The notes under the pieces are model-generated. The model saw only the letters and a program-made list of their open reading frames with translations. It was not told the origin of the DNA and searched no databases. This document shows, one piece after another, positions 57,952 through 64,000 of a stretch of 64,000 nucleotides of DNA (the stretch's first letter is position 1; each line of letters opens with the position of its first letter). The DNA lies in NCBI GenBank assembly GCA_020721865.1, contig DYLW01000006.1, forward strand, positions 22,416 to 86,415. The letters run 5' to 3'. This stretch comes from Leptospira biflexa. GTDB lineage: Bacteria > Spirochaetota > Leptospiria > Turneriellales > DYLW01. Made by a program: the position numbers and the translations under genes.

Positions 57952-58767
57952 TTACCACTGGAGTGAGACTTTCTCCATTTTATCGATGCTTTCCCCAAAA
58001 AACATGCGGCGCAGATCCTCCAGACTTTCCGTGAGATCAGAAGCATAGATTTCTATACTGCCATTTTTACCCGCCGAACGGTTTTCCTCATTAAGCAGGT
58101 TCAACTCATCGGCCTTGCGGTAAACCGTTTCACTGGTTTCTATGGAAGAGTCAATGAGCGTAAAATGCGGATAAATCCGGAGAATGGCTTCTTTGATGAG
58201 CGGATAATGGGTGCATCCCAGAATGATGTGGTGGATTTCTTCCCGGTTGAACTCTTCCAGATATTCCCGGATCACCATTTCCGTGACATTTTTATTGGCA
58301 AAGCCTTCTTCAATCAGAGGGACAAACAGGGGGCAGGCTTTCTGGAATAAAAAAATATCATCATTTTTTTTTCGCAGGGCGTGTACATAGGAATGGCTGT
58401 TTACCGTGGAACGGGTGGCAATCACTCCGGCTTTTTTTATTTTTTCCGTATTCCGGAAGAGGGCGTCAATTCCGGGTTCCACCACCCCAATGATGGGTAT
58501 GGGGGATTTTGCCCGCAGGCTTTCCAGTGCATGGGAGGATGCGGTGTTACAGGCCACCACCACCATCTTTACATTTTTTTTGAGTAAAAAGTCCAGAATC
58601 TCCAGGGAGTAACGTATGATGGTTTCTTTGGATTTGCTTCCATAGGGAACCCTGGCGGTATCCCCAAAATAAATTAAATTTTCAAAAGGCATTTTTTTAC
58701 GGATTGCGGATAGGACGGTCAGACCTCCCAGTCCGCTGTCAAAAATTCCGATGGGTTCCATGGGCAT
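57952..58767 (-). CDS. murI: glutamate racemase
   Basis: MPMEPIGIFDSGLGGLTVL, VVACNTASS and ILGCTHYP are the MurI catalytic motifs. The track ORF (to 59217) is an artificial 150-codon extension running antisense into hisF. Confidence 0.9.
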   Translation of the reverse strand: MPMEPIGIFDSGLGGLTVLSAIRKKMPFENLIYFGDTARVPYGSKSKETIIRYSLEILDFLLKKNVKMVVVACNTASSHALESLRAKSPIPIIGVVEPGIDALFRNTEKIKKAGVIATRSTVNSHSYVHALRKKNDDIFLFQKACPLFVPLIEEGFANKNVTEMVIREYLEEFNREEIHHIILGCTHYPLIKEAILRIYPHFTLIDSSIETSETVYRKADELNLLNEENRSAGKNGSIEIYASDLTESLEDLRRMFFGESIDKMEKVSLQW

Positions 58768-58816
58768 GAAAGTATCAAATGAATTGACCGGTAAGCAATA
58801 AAGCAAAAAAAACCCT

Positions 58817-59575
58817 ATGCTGCAAAGAAGGATCATACCCTGTCTGGATGTCAAAGACGGTAGAGTTGTCAAAGGCGTGGAATTTGTTAATCTGAGAGAC
58901 GCCGGAGATCCCATAGAAAATGCGGTGGCATATAATGAGCAGGGAGCGGATGAACTGGTTTTTCTGGATATCACCGCGTCCAGTGACCGTCGCAGTATTA
59001 TTCTGGAGCTGGTGAAAAAGGTCGCAGAAAAAGTATTCATTCCTTTTGCCGTGGGAGGAGGGATCCGCACTCTGGAAGATATGAAACTGGTCCTTTCCGA
59101 AGGGGCGGACAAGGTGGCTCTGAATACCGCCGCGTTTGAAAACCCGGAAGTGCTCACACAGGGAGCGGAACATTTTGGGAGCCAGTGTATTGTCTGTGCC
59201 ATTGACGCCCGGTTCAATGGAAAATTTTATGAAGTGTATCTGCACGGCGGACGCACTCCCACGGGAAGAGACGCTGTGGACTGGGCGGAGGAAGCCCAAA
59301 TGCGGGGAGCCGGGGAAATTCTTCTGACAAGCATGGATACGGACGGCACAAAATCCGGTTTTGAGCTGGAGCTGACCCGCAGAGTCATAGAGCGGGTGAA
59401 CATCCCCGTCATTGCCAGCGGTGGGGCGGGGACAAAAGAACACTTCAAGGAGGCATTTGATCTGGGAGTTTCCGCCGCTCTGGCCGCCTCTTTATTCCAT
59501 TATCAGGAATTATCCATTCCGGATTTGAAAGAGTATCTGCATAGTAACGGTATTCCGGTGAGGCGGGGGGAGTAA
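58817..59575 (+). CDS. hisF: imidazole glycerol phosphate synthase cyclase subunit
   Basis: [28 protein letters not shown]...[11 protein letters not shown]...GGGIR...ASGGAG is the HisF signature. No other his genes are in the window. Confidence 0.95.
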   Translation: MLQRRIIPCLDVKDGRVVKGVEFVNLRDAGDPIENAVAYNEQGADELVFLDITASSDRRSIILELVKKVAEKVFIPFAVGGGIRTLEDMKLVLSEGADKVALNTAAFENPEVLTQGAEHFGSQCIVCAIDARFNGKFYEVYLHGGRTPTGRDAVDWAEEAQMRGAGEILLTSMDTDGTKSGFELELTRRVIERVNIPVIASGGAGTKEHFKEAFDLGVSAALAASLFHYQELSIPDLKEYLHSNGIPVRRGE

Positions 59576-60502
59576 ATGACCAGCCATTCTGTCCCAGCAG
59601 AGAAACACCAGAGCATGGAACGCTTTTACCTCACATTCGACGAATATTTTAAAATGGGAGCAAAAGCATTCTTTGAAGCATTCGGCTATAAGGTTACCAC
59701 CGAGTTTGAACTATTTAAACTTCCCAAAAAAATTGACGTTCTTGTCATTGAAGCAGAGGCAAAAGCCCCACCGGAAGATTTTGCACTCTTTACGTGGTTT
59801 ACCAAACACAATCTGATTAGTTACAAATCCCCCGCTGATCCTGTGAGAGAAAAAGACTTCCGGGATGCCTTAATTTATCTGAATGGCTATATCAATTTGA
59901 CCAACGGGGCAGATTACAACAATACCAGCATGACTATTCTGGCAAATCATGTTCCCAAAAAATTTCTGAAAGCCCATGCCGTTAATATTGAAGGCCCATC
60001 GGCGGGGGTTTGGAAAATTCATTATGGCCTTTTTTCCATTTACTTTGTGGATTTAAATAAAACCGAATTGAAAGGGGTTGACCAGGCTTTTTTTCGTGAT
60101 TTTGCGGAAACGGAAGCCTTTAAAGAGAGTCTGTTCAGAAAAAATACAGAATCACAAAAAATACTCGACATCCTGCATGATTATATTTACCTTAGAATTG
60201 ATAATTTTGAGGGAGAGGAGTTCAAGGAGTTTATTATGCCAGCCACAATGAGAGCAGATGTGACGCGTATCGCTAAACCTTGGTTTGATAAGGGGAAACA
60301 GGAAGGGCGACAGGAAGGGCGACAGGAAGGGCGGCAGGAAGGCAAACAGGAAGGTTTACAGGAAGGTGCACGGAAGGGAGAGCTACAGGCAAAACTCGCC
60401 ACCGCCCGGAACATGCTTGCCCGCAAGATGGAAATTTCGCTGATCAAAGACTTAACCGGCTTAACGGAGCACCAGCTAAGGGAAAACGGAATCATCCAGT
60501 AG
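59576..60502 (+). CDS. Rpn/YhgA-like PD-(D/E)XK nuclease family protein (putative transposase/recombination-promoting nuclease family)
   Basis: 308 aa. The N-terminal FDEYFK...KKIDVLVIEAE...NLISYKSPAD layout and the C-terminal (QEGx)n plus ARNMLARKMEISLIKDLTGLTEHQL tail are typical of this family. The ATG directly follows the hisF TAA. Confidence 0.75.
   Translation: MTSHSVPAEKHQSMERFYLTFDEYFKMGAKAFFEAFGYKVTTEFELFKLPKKIDVLVIEAEAKAPPEDFALFTWFTKHNLISYKSPADPVREKDFRDALIYLNGYINLTNGADYNNTSMTILANHVPKKFLKAHAVNIEGPSAGVWKIHYGLFSIYFVDLNKTELKGVDQAFFRDFAETEAFKESLFRKNTESQKILDILHDYIYLRIDNFEGEEFKEFIMPATMRADVTRIAKPWFDKGKQEGRQEGRQEGRQEGKQEGLQEGARKGELQAKLATARNMLARKMEISLIKDLTGLTEHQLRENGIIQ
60236..60502 (+). CDS. 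candidate intragenic small protein (88 aa, in frame with the Rpn-like ORF)
   Basis: AAGGAG (60224-60229), 6 nt, then ATG 60236 in the same frame. The product equals the C-terminal repeat-plus-helix module. Prediction only. Confidence 0.3.
   Translation: MPATMRADVTRIAKPWFDKGKQEGRQEGRQEGRQEGKQEGLQEGARKGELQAKLATARNMLARKMEISLIKDLTGLTEHQLRENGIIQ
60299..60382. repeat. 12-nt tandem repeat CAGGAAGG-NNNN, 6 copies plus 1 degenerate
   Basis: CAGGAAGG recurs at 60299, 60311, 60323, 60335, 60347 and 60359. It encodes QEGRQEGRQEGRQEGKQEGLQEGA. Confidence 0.9.
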
Positions 60503-60525
60503 AGACGCCCAAATTGGGCGTCTCT
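60501..60525. terminator. palindromic hairpin between convergent genes (bidirectional terminator candidate)
   Basis: AGAGACGCCCAA-A-TTGGGCGTCTCT is a perfect 12-nt inverted repeat overlapping the Rpn-like stop codon. The flanking T-run is weak. Confidence 0.6.
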
Positions 60526-60536
60526 ATAATGGTATT

Positions 60537-61640
60537 TTATTTGGAAAAATTTAGCGGTTTTTCCGGATCACCAAAATCCGTCACAACCTGCGGATAAAAA
60601 TCTTTTCCCAGTAAAAAGGTGTATATTTCTCCGGCTTTTTTCTTTATTTCCACATCTTTAAACTGTGTAGGATATAAAATTTTCCCTGCAAGATAGGTAT
60701 CCACCATGGATGTTCCCAGATTGGTGGTGTAAAAATTGAAAGGAAGCTGCAGATAGACCTTTTTATTCTGAAAAGCCCCCAGCGATGCGTAAAAATCTTT
60801 GTTTTTGGAAAAATCTTCTTTGACCATTTTCAAACCCAATCCGTCCACAAAGATAATTTCCGGGTTATCCTTGAGCAATTTTTCCTTGTCCAGAAAAATA
60901 TGCTCTTTGGGACTGTGTTTGCTGGCCACATCGTTGGTTTTCAAAGACATTAAGGGCAGAAACATCGGATCTGTACTGGTGATACCCTGGGCTCCGCGAT
61001 ACCCAACAGCACCCACATAAACCAATAGTTTTTTTACTCCGGTTTTTTCCGCAGCCATCACCCGGGTTTCTATATCTTTGTTGAAATCCTGGTAGAATTT
61101 TTCAATCTCTGCTGCTCTTTGTTCCTTTCCCAGAATTTTTCCCAGAAGATTCAGGGATTTAAAAAAATCTGGGGTTATGGTCGCAAAGCGAGGTCCATAG
61201 CTCACCACAAACACGGCAATTCCGGCTTTTGCCTGAAGTTTATCCGCCATATCCTTTTTCATGTGGGATGCGATGATGAGTTGAGCTCCTGTTTTGAGAA
61301 CGGCCTCCACATCCGGCATCGTATTGATACTCTGGGGACCACCGGGGCCAATTACCGGAAGCGTGTCCGCCTGGGGAAACCCGTAACGGTAAACCCGGCC
61401 TTTGAAGTTTTTCTTCTCAAAAGCCTCCACTCCGGACACTTTATCCAGAGCTCCCAGGTACGCTACCAGCCGCAACCCACCCGGGCCAATGGCTACTATT
61501 TTCTGAGGATTTTCCGGTACCGGTACAATCCTGCCGGCGATGTCTGTCACCGGTTTTCCTTTTAAATTTGTTTTGGGTCCGCATGACCAAGTGAGCATCA
61601 TCATGGCGGATACCATAAGAATAATCCAGCTTTTTTTCAT
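60537..61640 (-). CDS. ABC transporter substrate-binding lipoprotein (iron-siderophore/cobalamin/heme type)
   Basis: MKKSWIILMVSAMMMLTWSCG contains a lipobox. The body resembles the FhuD/BtuF-type fold (PQKIVAIGPG...LKPDLII-like IIASHM). The ATG at 61640 has GGAG upstream, whereas the track start at 61700 would overlap the ATPase gene. Confidence 0.8.
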   Translation of the reverse strand: MKKSWIILMVSAMMMLTWSCGPKTNLKGKPVTDIAGRIVPVPENPQKIVAIGPGGLRLVAYLGALDKVSGVEAFEKKNFKGRVYRYGFPQADTLPVIGPGGPQSINTMPDVEAVLKTGAQLIIASHMKKDMADKLQAKAGIAVFVVSYGPRFATITPDFFKSLNLLGKILGKEQRAAEIEKFYQDFNKDIETRVMAAEKTGVKKLLVYVGAVGYRGAQGITSTDPMFLPLMSLKTNDVASKHSPKEHIFLDKEKLLKDNPEIIFVDGLGLKMVKEDFSKNKDFYASLGAFQNKKVYLQLPFNFYTTNLGTSMVDTYLAGKILYPTQFKDVEIKKKAGEIYTFLLGKDFYPQVVTDFGDPEKPLNFSK

Positions 61641-61668
61641 ATCCACTCCTTTTTTTTTATTGCCGGGT

Positions 61669-62418
61669 TTATACGACAAACACGGGGCGATGATCCACAT
61701 TCACCACCCGGGGAAGAATACCATACACCGTGGCAATTACCCCCGGAGTTAAATCCATGGGACTTCCTGTCCATATAATATTTTTGTCTTTAAGCATGAG
61801 AATATGATCAACGGTTCGGACAGCCAGGTTCACATCATGAATGATGGCCAGAATGCCCATCTGGTGGACATGGGCCAGATGCTGTAGCAGGTTCATAATG
61901 ATGGCCTGGTTATGCAGATCCAGACTGGAGGTGGGTTCATCCAACAGCAGAATTCTGGGTTCCTGGGCCATGGCTCGCCCAATCAGGACAATCTGGGACT
62001 CTCCGCCGGAAAGCGTTTGGAATGGCCGTTGGGATAAATGCTCAATCCCCAGAAGGGCAATGATTTCTTCCGTGATTTGTTCATCTTTTTCTGTGGGACC
62101 CCAGAAAGAGTGGGGTTGCCGGCCCATCAGAATCATCTCAAAGACAGAAATATTCACATCGGCATGGGCGTGGGGGACAAAACCAACTATTTTGGCAATA
62201 TCCCGCTGCTTGAGAATGGCGATGTCTGTATTATCCAGAAAAACGCTGCCCGCATCCGGACGAAGGATCCGGTTGCAGCATTTCAGAAGAGTGGTTTTGC
62301 CCGCTCCGTTCACACCCAGAAGTGCGGTGAGCTGTCCGGGTTGGATAGCAAAAGAAATATCTTCCAGAAGGGGGTTTTTCCCATAGGCAAAGGTTAAATT
62401 TTCCACAGATAAAATCAT
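61669..62418 (-). CDS. ABC transporter ATP-binding protein (FecE/BtuD-like)
   Basis: Walker A GVNGAGKTT, signature LSGGESQ, and Walker B ILLLDEP. ATGA overlap with the permease gene. Confidence 0.9.
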   Translation of the reverse strand: MILSVENLTFAYGKNPLLEDISFAIQPGQLTALLGVNGAGKTTLLKCCNRILRPDAGSVFLDNTDIAILKQRDIAKIVGFVPHAHADVNISVFEMILMGRQPHSFWGPTEKDEQITEEIIALLGIEHLSQRPFQTLSGGESQIVLIGRAMAQEPRILLLDEPTSSLDLHNQAIIMNLLQHLAHVHQMGILAIIHDVNLAVRTVDHILMLKDKNIIWTGSPMDLTPGVIATVYGILPRVVNVDHRPVFVV

Positions 62419-63554
62419 CGTCGCCCCCGGGTCAGTAACAGAATAAAAAGCGGAGCACCCATAAAAGAAGTGATGACTCCCACCGGCAGCGTTCCGGAGG
62501 GAACCAGAATTCTCCCCAGGGTATCGGACACAATCAGCAATCCCATGCCAATGGCTCCGGAAAGCGGGATCAGATAACGAGTATCATCCCCCACAAAGCG
62601 GCGGGCAATATGCGGAGCCAGAAGACCCAGAAAGGCAATGACTCCATGGAACGCCACTATGAAAGAGGTCACCAGCGACGCTGCCAGCATAAGGAACATC
62701 CGGGTTCGGGCGGGGTGGATTCCCAGACTCATGGACGTTTCATCGCTTTCCAGAAGGGCATTCAGCTTCCAGCGAAGAATATAAAAATAAAATGCACCCA
62801 TGCCCACCCCGGCAGCCACCAGTCCCAGTTCGTTGCCGGAAGAGCGGGATACATCCCCAAAGCTCCAGAAAACAATCGCTGCCAGTTGGACTTCATCGGC
62901 CAGATACTGGAGCAGAACAGTTCCGGAGGCAAAGAGGGAGGACAGGGCAATCCCGGCCAGGATCACTGCATCGCTTTTCATGTTCCGCAATCCGGCCAGC
63001 AGTAAAACCGCCCCCATGGTCAGCATGGATCCCGCCAGGGCAAAACCGGACACCAGATAAATATTATTAAAGGTCACAAGCGGGGTAGCAGAGGAATGCA
63101 GGGCTATAGGATTTTGTCCGGAGTCCGCGGTGAGAATGATGGCCAGTGCAGCTCCAAAGGCGGCCCCGTTGCTGATTCCCAGAGTGAAGGGAGATGCCAG
63201 AGGATTGCGGAGTGCACTTTGCATAACCGCTCCGGAAATGGCCAGTCCCAGGCCGGACACCAGAGACGCCAAAATCCGGGGAAGACGCAGGGTAAGAACC
63301 ACCACTCCGGAAGAATCATTGGATTGACCCAGAAGGGCCAGGAGCACTTTTCCCGGAGAAAGTCCATAGGATCCCAGAAAAAGAGACGCCAGGGAAACGG
63401 CAAGGGAAGCCAGTATGGCCAGACTCAGATAAATTTTATAGCGACGCTGGAATTTCTTATAATGACGGATTATATGGTGGTCACGGATTTCTTCTTTTGC
63501 ATCTTCACAGTGGCTCATCGGCCGATGTAAAAGAAAATTGATTATTATGGTCAA
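62415..63554 (-). CDS. FecCD-family ABC permease
   Basis: About 9-10 TM segments, with the typical FecCD stretches RNPLASPFTLGISNGAAFGA and GTLPVGVITSFMGAPLFILLL. The start is uncertain (TTG 63554 or ATG 63518). Confidence 0.9.
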   Translation of the reverse strand: MTIIINFLLHRPMSHCEDAKEEIRDHHIIRHYKKFQRRYKIYLSLAILASLAVSLASLFLGSYGLSPGKVLLALLGQSNDSSGVVVLTLRLPRILASLVSGLGLAISGAVMQSALRNPLASPFTLGISNGAAFGAALAIILTADSGQNPIALHSSATPLVTFNNIYLVSGFALAGSMLTMGAVLLLAGLRNMKSDAVILAGIALSSLFASGTVLLQYLADEVQLAAIVFWSFGDVSRSSGNELGLVAAGVGMGAFYFYILRWKLNALLESDETSMSLGIHPARTRMFLMLAASLVTSFIVAFHGVIAFLGLLAPHIARRFVGDDTRYLIPLSGAIGMGLLIVSDTLGRILVPSGTLPVGVITSFMGAPLFILLLTRGRR

Positions 63555-63643
63555 TGAAAAAATAACCGGATTTTTCTGGACACCGGGTTTCCAAAGCCCG
63601 CAGTGTTCGCCAGCGGAAAGAGATTATTGGCTAAGGAGAAATT

Positions 63644-64000
63644 ATGTACGTTATAAGACCCATTGCACAAAAAGATTTAGATGGTCTGTATGACCTCGCA
63701 GCGGAAAGCACTTTTGGGATTACCACCCTAACCAAAGACCGCAAAATTCTGGAAAAAAAAATACACCATTCCCTGGAAAGTTTCTCCAAACTGGGGGAGG
63801 CTCCCGCCGGCCAGACGTACCTTTTCATCATGGAAGATACGGAAACAGGAAAGATCGTCGGGACCAGTGCCATAGAGTCCAAAGTGGGCGGATTCAAGCC
63901 CTTTTATTCCTTCCGGGTGGAAACCCTGGATTTAAAATCGGAGAGTTTAAAGAAACGGAGGGAAATCCGGATACTCCATCTGTACCGGGATTACAATGGT
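63644..64000 (+). CDS. astA: arginine N-succinyltransferase, 5' part (runs off the window)
   Basis: Hand translation gives MYVIRPIAQKDLDGLYDLAAESTFGITTLTKDRKILEKKI...YLFIMEDTETGKIVGTSAIE, which parallels the E. coli AstA N-terminus (MMVIRPVERSD...YVFVLEDSETG). SD AAGGAGA upstream. No stop within the window. Confidence 0.85.
   Translation, partial: MYVIRPIAQKDLDGLYDLAAESTFGITTLTKDRKILEKKIHHSLESFSKLGEAPAGQTYLFIMEDTETGKIVGTSAIESKVGGFKPFYSFRVETLDLKSESLKKRREIRILHLYRDYNG

Noticed and set aside
58768-59217. N-terminal 150 codons of the 421-aa track ORF 57952-59217 (minus strand).
   Set aside because: The MurI homology starts at MPMEPIGIFDSGLGG (ATG 58767). The upstream extension is Ser/Arg/Thr-rich, runs antisense through the well-supported hisF gene and has no SD. 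It is an artefact of an open antisense frame.
58775-59443. 222-aa minus-strand ORF inside hisF.
   Set aside because: It is antisense to a gene with unmistakable HisF motifs. Its composition is junk-like and I recognise no motifs.
63519-63643. Possible Fur box or cobalamin riboswitch upstream of the FecCD-type ABC operon (TTGATTATTATGGTCAA region).
   Set aside because: The spacer (about 90-125 nt, shared with astA) is too short for a cobalamin riboswitch. The AT-rich quasi-palindrome matches the Fur consensus only loosely.
1-64000. Search for CRISPR arrays, rRNA, IS elements with terminal inverted repeats, integrases, reverse transcriptases and prophage blocks.
   Set aside because: None seen. 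The only tandem repeats are intragenic (66-nt and 12-nt) or the short rplI-upstream duplicate, and the only stand-alone RNA gene found is tRNA-Arg.

Overview
This is a compact chromosomal window of about 60 genes, roughly mid-40s % GC by eye. Many genes have stop/start overlaps, and a few convergent pairs have 3' overlaps. It comes from a diderm bacterium. The loose lipoboxes (FFSC, IFGC, LSAC, MGGC, WSCG) and the abundance of STAS, RsbW-like and TPR genes are reminiscent of Leptospira-like spirochaetes, but I cannot assign a taxon from sequence alone. Most of the window is housekeeping: mrp, dcd, tRNA-Arg(CCT), rpsF-ssb-rpsR-(DUF2232-like)-rplI-dnaB, argH, yciO-like, pcnB, rplU, PBP1A, yicC-remA, selU, clpP-clpX-lon, murI, hisF, and the astA 5' end. 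There are also envelope and transport genes: an MFS/GPH transporter, GH3 NagZ-like, DUF1343 NamZ-like, an AsmA-like giant, two CNNM/CorC paralogs, and a FecCD-type ABC uptake operon. Signalling genes include a REC-PAS-HK-REC hybrid kinase, a STAS protein, and a REC-like/RsbW-like fusion. I found no CRISPR array, rRNA, IS element, prophage or recognisable multi-gene defence island, and I cannot point to one clear-cut novel system. The best leads are as follows. (1) An Rpn/YhgA-like PD-(D/E)XK nuclease gene abuts hisF and carries a near-ideal in-frame internal SD+ATG, which could make an 88-aa C-terminal protein (an intragenic antitoxin-like layout). (2) A receiver domain has its phospho-acceptor Asp replaced by Glu and is fused to an RsbW-type kinase; it lies next to an orphan SBP / outer-membrane barrel / secreted-protein trio. 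(3) A 66-nt near-perfect tandem repeat (about 5.4 copies) encodes an acidic DDFG(L/M)DA...DAFSLE array in a 1231-aa TPR membrane protein. (4) An AsmA-like 1114-aa protein sits 2 nt upstream of an unknown 509-aa cytoplasmic protein. All functional calls rest on motifs read by eye from the translated ORFs; no database search was run.
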